Virus record (IMG/VR): IMGVR_UViG_3300012173_000004
Location: 1 to 64,000 of that record
Strand: one strand, 5' to 3'
DNA from: a virus
Lineage: Duplodnaviria > Caudoviricetes
Length of the DNA: 64,000 bases
The notes under the pieces were generated by a model, which was not told the DNA's origin, searched no databases, and worked only from the letters and a program-made list of their open reading frames with translations. The position numbers were made by a program, and so were the translations under genes. Numbering within the stretch: the stretch's first letter is position 1; the number at the start of each line of letters is the position of its first letter. Below, piece by piece: positions 19,275-29,214 of the stretch.

Positions 19275-20339
19275 GTGCGCATTCTGATCACAGGTTCCTC
19301 AGGCTTGATCGGTTCTGAGGCAGTTGAATACTTTGATAAATTTCCGGGAGTTGAAATCATCGGTATCGATAACAACTCCCGGAAAGAGTTTTTTGGTGAA
19401 GAGGGTGACACTTCCTGGAATCTTAAGCGCTTACAGGAAATCACTAGTAATTTTAAATCAGCGGACATGGACATTAGAGATCGTGGAAAGATCTTTGATT
19501 TGTTTGTTAATAAGAAGTTTGATTTAATTTTACACTTTGCAGCTCAGCCTGCCCACGATTATTCTTTCAAATATCCTCTGAGAGACTTTGATGTTAACTG
19601 TAACGGCACGGTTAACCTGCTTGAAGCAACTCGGGTACATTGTCCTAAGGCCACTTTTATATACACATCAACCAGTAAGGTTTACGGTGATTCTGTTAAT
19701 GAAAAACCTATGGTCGAATTAGAAAAACGGTATGAGTATAGTGACCCTCTTGATTGGTTGGGCATTTCTGAAAAGCAACGCATTGATCAAAATATGCATA
19801 GTGTCTTTGGGGCTTCTAAGACTGCTGCCGATATCATGGTACAGGAATACGGCAAGTACTTTGGGTTGTATACTGCTTGTTTGAGGGGTGCATGCCTCAC
19901 AGGAGGCAAGCATTCAGGTGTAGAACTTCATGGCTATCTTTCATATCTCGTTAAGTGTGTTTTAGAACAACGTGAATACCAAGTGTATGGTTATAAAGGT
20001 AAACAGGTCAGAGATAACATTCACAGTTATGATGTTGTGCACGCCTGTCTTATGATTTATGAATACGGCCGCACGCAGGAACGTTGTGGTGAAGTTTATA
20101 ACCTAGGTTCTGGTAGAAATAATAGCGTGTCAGTTCTTGAAGCTTTTGATATTGTGGAAGCCATGACAGGCATGAAGCCCATCTATAAGATGCATGAGGG
20201 TAATCGTACTGGTGATCATATCATCTTCATTGCAGATATTACTAAGTTTCAACAACATTACCGCACGTGGGTACCTGTTTATAATCTTGAACGTATTTTT
20301 GAAGATATCATTAATGGACATAGAGCACGTAGCAAATGA
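19275..20339 (+). CDS. NAD-dependent sugar epimerase/dehydratase (CDP-paratose 2-epimerase-like)
   Basis: ITGSSGLIG, AAQPAHD, TSTSKVYGD and GKQVRDNIH motifs. Confidence 0.88.
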   Translation: MRILITGSSGLIGSEAVEYFDKFPGVEIIGIDNNSRKEFFGEEGDTSWNLKRLQEITSNFKSADMDIRDRGKIFDLFVNKKFDLILHFAAQPAHDYSFKYPLRDFDVNCNGTVNLLEATRVHCPKATFIYTSTSKVYGDSVNEKPMVELEKRYEYSDPLDWLGISEKQRIDQNMHSVFGASKTAADIMVQEYGKYFGLYTACLRGACLTGGKHSGVELHGYLSYLVKCVLEQREYQVYGYKGKQVRDNIHSYDVVHACLMIYEYGRTQERCGEVYNLGSGRNNSVSVLEAFDIVEAMTGMKPIYKMHEGNRTGDHIIFIADITKFQQHYRTWVPVYNLERIFEDIINGHRARSK

Positions 20340-21301
20340 GAGTCGTTTGGATCAGTTGGCCTGGCGAAGGGGAACATGATGTCTTTATTGCCTGTCGTCA
20401 AGCTGGGATAGATATAAAACACTTTGCGATTGCTCAAGGTCACTTGTTTGGTTCAGCAATGGAAGTGGAATTTATTAGTATTGGGGATATAGCCAATGTT
20501 TGCAATAATACACCCGCGGATCTTTACATACTCCGTTACCCCCAACAAAATTGGACACTGCCACATGACATGTCCAAAGTGGTTTATTGGGCGTCTGAAC
20601 AAGGTCCTACTCGTCCCTATGTAGAGGCTACCATAGGTCGTTTTCAGAACGTGGCTGTAAATAATCAAGTAGACGTGGCTTACTTCAAGGCTCAGTATCC
20701 TGGTAAGCGTATCTTTTATTTACCCTTTGGTGGGTACAAGCAAGTTCCTCATGTGGCCAATGATGATGCCCATGATTTTATAGTCACGGCGAATTGTCAC
20801 TATGCTTGTCGTTGTGAAAGCAGTCTGAGACGTTTGAGTGTTGAAAGAATGGTTATACCTCTGCTTAAAGATTACGATATTACAATCTATGGCGGTGGCT
20901 CTGATATCCATGCTTGGGATCAGATTGAAGTAGCTATTTCACGATACGCTGGTAGATTTCATCACTGGCAGTATGGGGAAATTCTTAAACGTGGTCGTAT
21001 GTATGTGGGCATCACTTGGAATTGGCAGCATGGTGGTTACGGTATCCAACTAGCTCGTGCACTGGCGGCAGGTATTCCTGTTATGTGGTCGTACACCGCA
21101 GGCATGCACATGGATGGTCTTGTATCAGGTGAACATCTGGCTGTTTCTAATGATGCTACTCAAACTGTGAGTTTAGCTGACTATTACACTTCACACCCTA
21201 AAGAACTTGTTGAGTTAGGCAACCGCGGCCAAGAGTGGTTCAATAATAACTGGCGCTGGGATCTTAATATTCGTCGTTTAGTAGAAGAAGTAAATTCCTA
21301 G
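20336..21301 (+). CDS. GT-B glycosyltransferase (CgeB/GT4-like)
   Basis: C-terminal ALAAGIPV..GLVSGEH..ELGNRGQE..W pattern; position in the cluster. Confidence 0.7.
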   Translation: MRVVWISWPGEGEHDVFIACRQAGIDIKHFAIAQGHLFGSAMEVEFISIGDIANVCNNTPADLYILRYPQQNWTLPHDMSKVVYWASEQGPTRPYVEATIGRFQNVAVNNQVDVAYFKAQYPGKRIFYLPFGGYKQVPHVANDDAHDFIVTANCHYACRCESSLRRLSVERMVIPLLKDYDITIYGGGSDIHAWDQIEVAISRYAGRFHHWQYGEILKRGRMYVGITWNWQHGGYGIQLARALAAGIPVMWSYTAGMHMDGLVSGEHLAVSNDATQTVSLADYYTSHPKELVELGNRGQEWFNNNWRWDLNIRRLVEEVNS

Positions 21302-21302
21302 T

Positions 21303-21899
21303 ATGGATACCACACACATACCTGTTCTTCTTCTACTTCCAGTTTTGCTCTCTGTACGGAGGGCCTTAGAACTCGGCTCAGGTGAATTAAGTACTTTTGT
21401 TATTTCAAATCCTGACTATTATCCTCTGCTAGAGCACTTTATCACGTGTGAAAATGCTGCAGAAGACTACATGCCTCAGCTTGCAACTCACTTACGTCCT
21501 GGTCATCAGGCAATAAGGTCATCTCAGAAGATGGTTCACATAGTAGCAGGCCTGGATTTAAGTGGTTATGATTTAATTTTTATTGATGATTCTACAGGAT
21601 TGGAAGATAGAGTTCAAACAATTTCAAATATTACAAGTCGTGTAGGTTCACATTCTGTAATTGCGGTTCATGATTTTGAACACATTGAGTATCAAAATGC
21701 AGTTCAGGGCGTATTCAATAAGTTCATATTTGATTTTGCGCTACCTTACACAGGTATTTTGTGGCAGGAAGCATCCTTAGATGTTTCTAAGTTTCAGGAG
21801 TATAATGTATTAATGTGCCATCTCTATACATCTTGTGGCGTGACCCCCGCAGAATATTACCATAACTACCTAAAGAGGGTTTTAAAGTGGATGACATAG
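21303..21899 (+). CDS. Methyltransferase-like protein
   Basis: ALELGSG, YDLIFID and VIAVHD motifs. Confidence 0.65.
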   Translation: MDTTHIPVLLLLPVLLSVRRALELGSGELSTFVISNPDYYPLLEHFITCENAAEDYMPQLATHLRPGHQAIRSSQKMVHIVAGLDLSGYDLIFIDDSTGLEDRVQTISNITSRVGSHSVIAVHDFEHIEYQNAVQGVFNKFIFDFALPYTGILWQEASLDVSKFQEYNVLMCHLYTSCGVTPAEYYHNYLKRVLKWMT

Positions 21900-22489
21900 A
21901 AGCTTTGGTTGTGTCTTGGTATTCACGCCCAGATATGTGGGAAGCTAACTCTCAGACCTATCCCAAATCCCCTGGTTACATTGACTGTAGGCTATTGGAT
22001 GTTCAGTCAATGGTAGTGAATAAAGATGTACTTAATGTAGGTTGCTGCTTTCCCAGTGATGAGTTACAGTTCAGTCATGATGCACGAAAATGGGTTGCCA
22101 TTGATTTTTCATCTACAATTGTGAGTAGATGCCAGGCAACTATTCAAAGACCCAACCTTGAATTTGTGCATATGAACATGCGTGATTTGAAGTTTCCATC
22201 CTTATCTTTTGATACCGTACTAGACTTTTCATCAGGGGATCATGTCTGTGAAGAAGACTACAGGGCTACCCTTACTGAGATTTACAGGGTATTACGTCCT
22301 AGCGGGCATTTCATAGTCACCTATGCGAATCTTAATGTTTTTAAGATAAAGGATAACTATGGCGATTTTGGTTATTGGCGTTGTGCCTCTCCTGAAGAAA
22401 TGCGTGAGATGGTTGAGGTCGCTGGCTTCAAAGTAATCAGGGAAGAGGATCCCACTGCTGACAGAGCAGGTCTCGTTGCATTGAAATAA
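21887..22489 (+). CDS. Class I SAM-dependent methyltransferase
   Basis: VLNVGC, AIDFS, FDTVLD and EIYRVLRPSG motifs. Confidence 0.85.
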   Translation: MDDIEALVVSWYSRPDMWEANSQTYPKSPGYIDCRLLDVQSMVVNKDVLNVGCCFPSDELQFSHDARKWVAIDFSSTIVSRCQATIQRPNLEFVHMNMRDLKFPSLSFDTVLDFSSGDHVCEEDYRATLTEIYRVLRPSGHFIVTYANLNVFKIKDNYGDFGYWRCASPEEMREMVEVAGFKVIREEDPTADRAGLVALK

Positions 22490-22553
22490 GGAATGTGCAG
22501 TATCACCACTACTTTTTTTAAGATTAGTCAATAAGGAATGCAATTCGCAAGAT

Positions 22554-23855
22554 GTGATCTTGATGGAAAAAACTATTGTAATTCACGGGCTGGGCTATGT
22601 TGGACTAACAGCTGCAATACACTATGCAGAAGCTGGTTGGCGAGTCATAGGCTACGATCCTGATGCACGCACAGTGTTAGGTATCAATGCAGGCACACCA
22701 CGCGCTCAGGATTTTCTAGAGTATCTCCAGACAGACGTAAAACGCTTAGTTGATAGTGGTATGTTGCATGCTACCAGTGTACTTAACAGTGAGGTCTTGA
22801 GTTGTCCAGTACATTCTGTCGCTGTTCCTACTGAGAAGGTAGGCGAACCATTTGATGATATTATTATAACCGCAGTTACTACGCTTGTCCAAGCTGTTAA
22901 TGCTCCTAAACCTTTGATTATTATTGAGAGCACGCTTTCACCCGGGACAGTTGATCGTATTCTTGCAGCCGGTGGCAAAATGGCAGGTCTTGATTTTAAT
23001 TTAGCGGTTTGTCCGCGGCGTGATTGGTTTGCTGATCGTAAAAAGAATCTTGCCACTCTGCCTCGTGTGGTTGGTGGTGTAACTGAAGAATGTACTCAGC
23101 GAGCCATGCGGTTACTTGAACAGGTGACGTCTCGAGATTTGTTATTGCCGACTACTTATTCGGTTGCTGAACTATGTAAAGCACTTGAAAATGCCTTATT
23201 ACATGTTCAGGTAATGTTCGCACAGGAAGTTTCAGTTCTTTTGCATGATAAAAATGTGAGTGAAGCACTGCGTCTAGCTGGCACTCACTGGCGATTATCT
23301 CAATTGCATTTAGGTATTGGCACTGGTGGCAGGTGTGTACCTTTAGGTACCAAATATCTGGTAAATGCCATGAAGCAGAATGGTTATGATTCGCCCATTG
23401 GTGGTGCTGCCATACGTTTGGATAAGAATATGCGCGTGGTTATCGCTGAACAAGTTGCCCGCCACTTGGAAGGCTATGAGGAAAAAAGTTTAATACTAGG
23501 AATTGGTTATAGGCCTGATTTCAAAGATGCAGGCTTATCTCCAGGTCTTGCAGTTGTTAAACACCTACGCACTAGTAGGATTCAAGTGTCACTGTGTGAT
23601 CCACTTTGGACCCCAGGTGAATTGGAAGTTTTGTCTCCTGATACACCTATAGCTTTTCAGCCCAATGCCATGTTCAAGGTTGTAATACTAGCAACGGCGC
23701 ACACTGCCTTTCTAAATTTTCCACTAGATCCTAGTTTATGGGGTAGGGGTCAATACGTACTTGATTGTACTGGCGCTTGGTCTAAGCATCGTGAACTATT
23801 TAAAGTCTACGGTGTTGACTATCATGTTATTGGAGAACCTGATTGGCTTACATAG
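22554..23855 (+). CDS. Nucleotide-sugar 6-dehydrogenase (WecC/WbpA-like)
   Basis: GLGYVG, VPT, IESTLSPGT, AELCKALEN and catalytic GGRC. Confidence 0.88.
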   Translation: MILMEKTIVIHGLGYVGLTAAIHYAEAGWRVIGYDPDARTVLGINAGTPRAQDFLEYLQTDVKRLVDSGMLHATSVLNSEVLSCPVHSVAVPTEKVGEPFDDIIITAVTTLVQAVNAPKPLIIIESTLSPGTVDRILAAGGKMAGLDFNLAVCPRRDWFADRKKNLATLPRVVGGVTEECTQRAMRLLEQVTSRDLLLPTTYSVAELCKALENALLHVQVMFAQEVSVLLHDKNVSEALRLAGTHWRLSQLHLGIGTGGRCVPLGTKYLVNAMKQNGYDSPIGGAAIRLDKNMRVVIAEQVARHLEGYEEKSLILGIGYRPDFKDAGLSPGLAVVKHLRTSRIQVSLCDPLWTPGELEVLSPDTPIAFQPNAMFKVVILATAHTAFLNFPLDPSLWGRGQYVLDCTGAWSKHRELFKVYGVDYHVIGEPDWLT

Positions 23856-23862
23856 AGGGAAC

Positions 23863-24798
23863 ATGCGAATCTTAATAACAGGCTCGATGGGTTTCATAGG
23901 TTCAGTTTTAACTCAACGAGCTCTTGATAATGGTCATAGTATAATTGCTCTTGACAATGGAGATAGGGGATTAAACAAAGTCAAGAGATCGCAGATGCAT
24001 TTAATGCTTGCAAAGAGGGATTGTCGTGGAGGAATTTCAGATATCCTTGAACGTTATCCCTGTGATGCAATTGTTCATTTAGCTGCTGGAACAGGTAGTT
24101 TAAGTCGACCTTATGAAGAGCTTATAGATTTGAATATCAACATGACACAGACTCTTTATAGGGACGCATGTGCTTATAAGGTACCTGCGTTTGTGTTTCC
24201 GATGACATCGTTGTCGCTGGATTCAGATCTCAAAGATGCCCCCTATGTTAAGAGTAAGCAGGACGGCATGGATTGGTTGCTTGGGCAGAAGGGTGCAACT
24301 CGAGTTATCCCTTTCATGTTTTGTAATCAAGCAGGTGGCTACAAAGGATTGACTGAGTATCGAAGAAAAGAAGTTCATATCGGGCCGACGATGTTATATT
24401 GCTATTTAAAGAAGGTACCCTTTGTCATCAATGGCAATGATTACAACACTCCTGACGGGACCCCAGCACGAGATTACGTTAATGTTGTTAATACGGCGGA
24501 TTTCATTCTCAATGAAATTCTTTCAAACATTATTGGCATCAAGGGACCGTATACAAGTCCAATCTTTTTGGGTACTGGTGAAATAACCACAACATTGCAA
24601 TTGGTTGAATATTTTAGAGAAGTAATCGGACCTCTCGAAGTTCAGATCGGTCCTCGGCGAGCCTTTGATACTGGGTTCATTCAGTGCACTTCTTCTGCCC
24701 TCAAAGACTTTTGTGGGGATCGGTTGATTTACGCGAAGAAGACTTACACTGAGGAATGGACTACTCTCTTAGAATTACTGTTACCAAGTCATCCTTGA
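23863..24798 (+). CDS. NAD-dependent epimerase (GalE-like)
   Basis: ITGSMGFIG, YVKSK, GNDYNTPDGTPARDY and GPRRAFD motifs. Confidence 0.85.
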   Translation: MRILITGSMGFIGSVLTQRALDNGHSIIALDNGDRGLNKVKRSQMHLMLAKRDCRGGISDILERYPCDAIVHLAAGTGSLSRPYEELIDLNINMTQTLYRDACAYKVPAFVFPMTSLSLDSDLKDAPYVKSKQDGMDWLLGQKGATRVIPFMFCNQAGGYKGLTEYRRKEVHIGPTMLYCYLKKVPFVINGNDYNTPDGTPARDYVNVVNTADFILNEILSNIIGIKGPYTSPIFLGTGEITTTLQLVEYFREVIGPLEVQIGPRRAFDTGFIQCTSSALKDFCGDRLIYAKKTYTEEWTTLLELLLPSHP

Positions 24799-24800
24799 AT

Positions 24801-25901
24801 ATGTTTAAAGTACTTATACTAGCAGGCACTCGGCCTGAAGTTATTAAACAGGCCCCCGTCTATAAGGCTCTTCAAGACTATGCCTCTGTAGCAGCAATTT
24901 TTTGTACTTCAGGTCAACATGATGTTTTAGCTGAGCAGGCTCTCATGGCATTTGGTATCATGCCTGAATGTCGTGTTACACTTCAACGTGAAGCAGGTTC
25001 AGACTTAAGTGATCTCACCAGTGAATTAGTGTTTAGTCTTAGTAGAATGTTGGATAAGCAACAGCCTGATTTAGTTGTTGTTCATGGTGATACAACAACT
25101 GCGCTCTGTGGAGCTTTAGCGGCTTTTTATAAACACATTCCCGTTGCCCATGTTGAAGCAGGACTACGTACAGCTCGTTTTGAAAATCCTTTTCCCGAAG
25201 AAATGAACCGGCGTCTGATTGCACAGATGGCAAAATTACATTTTGCGCCTACGAATAGGGCGCTAGCAAATTTGAAGAGTGAGGGCCTAGATCAGCAATA
25301 TATGTACTGTACTGGTAATACGATTGTTGATGCTCTTCATAATTTTATACTACCAACTCCAGTACATAAGATTCAATTCTTCAATACCACCAGCCAACAC
25401 CTACTGGTAACTTGCCATAGGCGAGAATCATGGCAGCACATTCGTACTCTTTGTGGCATTGTCACTAACATCGTAGATGCCAATTCTAATGTTCAGTGTG
25501 TATGGGTTACGCATCCCAATCCTGTGGTATCAGATCCTGTATTCACACATTTCAAGCACCATCCTCAGGTACGAACTCTACCACCGATGCTTTATACAGA
25601 CTTTGTGCATTTGATGGCCAATAGTGATGTTATCCTTACTGATTCAGGGGGCATCATTGAAGAAGCTAGCGTCTTGGGCAAAGCATTAGTCATTATGCGT
25701 GAAGTAACGGAACGTCCAGAGGCATTGGAACTACCTAATGTGGCTCTAGTAGGATATGATTTTGATAAGTTATTCCAACAGGTGCAAACCTGGCTAGCTC
25801 ATCCTGTAAATGGTACATCTAGTAATGTGTTCGGGGATGGTATGGCAGGTAAAAGAATTGCACAGTGTATCGTCAATTTTTTAGGGGGAAATAGGCTATG
25901 A
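24801..25901 (+). CDS. wecB: UDP-GlcNAc 2-epimerase (non-hydrolysing)
   Basis: GTRPEVIK, SGQH, HGDTTT, HVEAGLR, PFPEEMNR, HRRES and TDSGG motifs. Confidence 0.95.
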   Translation: MFKVLILAGTRPEVIKQAPVYKALQDYASVAAIFCTSGQHDVLAEQALMAFGIMPECRVTLQREAGSDLSDLTSELVFSLSRMLDKQQPDLVVVHGDTTTALCGALAAFYKHIPVAHVEAGLRTARFENPFPEEMNRRLIAQMAKLHFAPTNRALANLKSEGLDQQYMYCTGNTIVDALHNFILPTPVHKIQFFNTTSQHLLVTCHRRESWQHIRTLCGIVTNIVDANSNVQCVWVTHPNPVVSDPVFTHFKHHPQVRTLPPMLYTDFVHLMANSDVILTDSGGIIEEASVLGKALVIMREVTERPEALELPNVALVGYDFDKLFQQVQTWLAHPVNGTSSNVFGDGMAGKRIAQCIVNFLGGNRL

Positions 25902-28330
25902 TAAAGTGGAGTGTTGTTTTTTCAACTGAGAGCAAACTGCCCGTTTTCACTCAGAGTCTATCCCAGCTTATTGAATCTGTGGATTCAAAACGTACTGAAT
26001 TTCTTTTAACTTCAGTAAAGCCCATTGATCCCTTGTATCGTGAGATCTTTGATACTTCTTGCCGCCAGGCTAAGATTACCAGCAAAGTACATGAGAGCAT
26101 TGATATCAACACTGTTATAGCTGACACCCAAGGTGAATACGTAGCAGTTGTTCGTGATCATGTACTGGTCCCTAAAAACTTCCTATCACGCTTGACCTTT
26201 TGTATGGATAATTTCGAGAGAACCTATAATCAGGGTCCTATTGGAATTGTCGGCCCCATAACCAATGGTGGTTCTGGTCCTCAGCGTATTGGCATGCAAG
26301 CTAATTTACATCCCCACGACGTCAATGGGATTCAGAAGAAATTGGAAGAGCAGTTGCAGGGGCAACATCCTTGGCAATCAGCTGCAACGTTGGAAAGTTT
26401 TTGTTTCATGTTTCGGCGTGACGCTTACAATCAAGTAGGTGCATTTGATTTTACGGTGGAACCAGACTTCGCTCTGGTTGAATGGATAACTAGAGCAATG
26501 CGTTTCGGCTGGAAGGCAGCTGCTGCTTCTGATGTTTATGTCTACCGTTCTGATGAAGGCCTTCCTTTGATGGATTGGAATCGCGTCTACAAGTCATTAC
26601 CTGAAGGCAATCGCATCCCCCAAAAGCTTGCGTTCCTGCATAGGATAAAGCTTTATGATGATTTTGAAAGAGATATCTTTATTGAGTCATTGGGGCATTC
26701 CCTAGCTGTTGGCGACGCCGTCTTCATACTTGATGATAATTCACTTGTCAAGATGGGCTTATACCTTAAAGAAGAACGCCCTGATATTTGGAATCATCCT
26801 AAATTGGCCAAGTACCAAAAGTATTCACGTCCTCTCGATGAGAAGAGAGACTGGAATGAGTTAATGGATTGGGCAGAAAAGGCAGGTATGAATTGGGCCT
26901 TTGCAGTTGACGGTGATGAAGTTGTTGAAGATAAGGTTACCCGCGACTATCTTGAAAGTCTCATGCACCCTGTTAATCCACAGGTCATGGGTTACTTTGT
27001 ACACCCCTACTATTTTTGGGATAGCTGTTCTAAGTGGCGTATGGATGGTATTTGGGGTGAAACGCATGATTTACGCTTGATCCGTATCAATCCAGGTCAA
27101 CGCATTGGTGTTGAAGGTGTTCTAGCTACACAATGCGGTTACGTGTCACAATACCCCGGCGAATGTATTCGGACTTCCAGCATCCGTCTAAAGGTTTACG
27201 GCAGCGTCTTTGAGGCCCAACGTGAGCGCGTTAAGATCTTACACGAAAAGAATGTACGAGGTGCAACGCCCAATCAATTTAACTACCTTGTAAGCACTTC
27301 CAACTGTAGTCTCTACCCCTGGCAGGAAGCTAACACTGTTAGCGTCTACGCGCCTGTTAACAGGGGAGGTGTTTTACTTTATGAATGGCTAGATGCTGTC
27401 GTACCTTTTGCGGATGAGGTAGTTATTGGTGATAGTGGCCTATCAGCAGAAGATAAAAAACTTCTAACTGATGTTTGGGGTGTTCGTGTTGTTCCTATTT
27501 GGGATAAGCCGGAAGATTTCATGGCCAAAGGCTTTGCGGAATCACGGAATAAGGTTATCAAGGAATGTCGCCAGAGTTACATCCTCCAGTTAGATATTGA
27601 TGAAAAGATAGAAGACTGGCACAAGGTACGACGAATGATGGATCTGCCAACACACCCAGCTTGGGATTTCCAGGTACTTAATTATCAGAGACCGCCAACA
27701 CAGCCCGTGTTGACTAGTACTACTCGGCTTTTTCAGAACGCACCGGGTGTACATTATTGGGGTTATTTACATGAAACTATTGATAACGCTGTTCATGAGC
27801 TTGGCTGGCGTGTAGGCCAATCGCCGACTAAGGTACTACACTTTGGTTTCGCCATCACACCACCTGCAGAAATGTTCAAGAAGATGCAAAAATACCTTGA
27901 ACTAAACCTGCGCCAAATGGAAGACTTTCCGGATGACCCTAGAGCTTACTACAATTTGGCCTTGCACTTGGTGGAAGATGGGCTAGTGGAAGATGCCATT
28001 AGGGTTTTGAAGATTGCTGTGCCTCTCTCAGGACGTTTTCCCTTGCCCATTATTGAATTGGCAAAACTTTATCTTTTTACGTCACGCGCCCATTTTAATG
28101 GCGCCCTACGTATGCTACAACCTAGCCACGCAAGTCATGCAACCTTAGCTCAAACTTGCAAAGACCTGGAACAGGTTACGTCCAATATGAATCACGTCCC
28201 AGCAGCTCCGGGTCATTGTCTATCTTTCTTTACAACGCAGCCCAAGAATATGGAGCGGGTAAGATTGCATTGTGATAATATGGAAAGACACATTGAACAG
28301 GTCAGAGCCGGCCAGTTAAAGAAGAAGTAA
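25898..28330 (+). CDS. Multi-domain GT2 glycosyltransferase with C-terminal TPRs
   Basis: GIVGPITN domain; second domain with VDGDE; third domain with FAESRN..LDIDE..GYLHE..LHFG; PDDPRAYYNLA TPR. Confidence 0.85.
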   Translation: MIKWSVVFSTESKLPVFTQSLSQLIESVDSKRTEFLLTSVKPIDPLYREIFDTSCRQAKITSKVHESIDINTVIADTQGEYVAVVRDHVLVPKNFLSRLTFCMDNFERTYNQGPIGIVGPITNGGSGPQRIGMQANLHPHDVNGIQKKLEEQLQGQHPWQSAATLESFCFMFRRDAYNQVGAFDFTVEPDFALVEWITRAMRFGWKAAAASDVYVYRSDEGLPLMDWNRVYKSLPEGNRIPQKLAFLHRIKLYDDFERDIFIESLGHSLAVGDAVFILDDNSLVKMGLYLKEERPDIWNHPKLAKYQKYSRPLDEKRDWNELMDWAEKAGMNWAFAVDGDEVVEDKVTRDYLESLMHPVNPQVMGYFVHPYYFWDSCSKWRMDGIWGETHDLRLIRINPGQRIGVEGVLATQCGYVSQYPGECIRTSSIRLKVYGSVFEAQRERVKILHEKNVRGATPNQFNYLVSTSNCSLYPWQEANTVSVYAPVNRGGVLLYEWLDAVVPFADEVVIGDSGLSAEDKKLLTDVWGVRVVPIWDKPEDFMAKGFAESRNKVIKECRQSYILQLDIDEKIEDWHKVRRMMDLPTHPAWDFQVLNYQRPPTQPVLTSTTRLFQNAPGVHYWGYLHETIDNAVHELGWRVGQSPTKVLHFGFAITPPAEMFKKMQKYLELNLRQMEDFPDDPRAYYNLALHLVEDGLVEDAIRVLKIAVPLSGRFPLPIIELAKLYLFTSRAHFNGALRMLQPSHASHATLAQTCKDLEQVTSNMNHVPAAPGHCLSFFTTQPKNMERVRLHCDNMERHIEQVRAGQLKKK

Positions 28331-28348
28331 AATCTGCTATCTTAATTC

Positions 28349-28792
28349 ATGGCTCGAAAGCCCCTTGAGGGTTTACGTGTATCTGTTGCGCGCAATATGG
28401 TTGGTGCCCTAGAAGAGGCTGCAACTAAGTTGTTTAATTCTGTGCAGCGCAATGCGACCTTGACAGATCATTCACTCGACGATTTAGCAAAGTTAGGTCA
28501 TCCCTACAATATTCGTAGTTCGGTTTCAATACATTCGCCTTCTTACTTGGTGCACCAGCAGTCGGGTCGCTTATCTGGTGCTTTAAAACTGGTGCGTGTC
28601 AACCAGTACTCATTTAATATTGGTATTGAAGAGAGCGCAGTACCTTATCTACTGGCAGTCGTTTATGGCACTCGTTATATGGTAGGCAGGGATTTCATCC
28701 GCGGCAGCTTGTTGGATCTTGACGACGATCTACGTAACGTCTTTAGTAAAGCTTTAAGCCTCGGCGTACAACAAGGACCTATAAATGTCTGA
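28349..28792 (+). CDS. Tail completion protein (HK97 gp10-like)
   Basis: SGRLS and PY...V.YGT.YM..RDF motifs; position. Confidence 0.65.
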   Translation: MARKPLEGLRVSVARNMVGALEEAATKLFNSVQRNATLTDHSLDDLAKLGHPYNIRSSVSIHSPSYLVHQQSGRLSGALKLVRVNQYSFNIGIEESAVPYLLAVVYGTRYMVGRDFIRGSLLDLDDDLRNVFSKALSLGVQQGPINV

Positions 28793-29177
28793 ATCAGTTA
28801 CAGATTTTATAGCTAGTTTCAGAAATTTTGTCCTGGCTGGCACTACGGTCTCCGGGCTAGTGGGAACTCGTGTCTTCTCAGATCATCTAGCTACGCTATT
28901 TAATCCTGTTTTCCCCCTAGGTACTTTTGAAATTCTTGCTGGAAATCCCAGTGCTGCAGGTATCACAGAAGATTTTGAAATGAATGTTGCTGGCCACAGT
29001 GAAAAATCCTATGACGAGGCTGGTAACATTTTTACTGCCATCCATGACACCGTAAAGAACCAAATAATTCCGCCTAGAATTACTGTCTATTCTTCACGAA
29101 CGCCTGTCAAATTGTATGATAGTAATTCTCGTGTTTATACCGTCGTAGGGAGAGTTCGAGTAGTACGTATTCCTTAA
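28785..29177 (+). CDS. Tail terminator protein
   Basis: 130 aa; LVGTRVF motif; position before the tail tube gene. Confidence 0.6.
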   Translation: MSESVTDFIASFRNFVLAGTTVSGLVGTRVFSDHLATLFNPVFPLGTFEILAGNPSAAGITEDFEMNVAGHSEKSYDEAGNIFTAIHDTVKNQIIPPRITVYSSRTPVKLYDSNSRVYTVVGRVRVVRIP

Positions 29178-29214
29178 AGTATTAGTGTAAAGTGATTTTT
29201 AACGAGCTATAATC

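Noticed and set aside
16186-28330. Host LPS/capsule locus or chimeric assembly
   Set aside because: Genes are tightly spaced with phage structural genes on both sides, codon style looks similar, and no export or polymerase genes are present; read mapping would still be the decisive check
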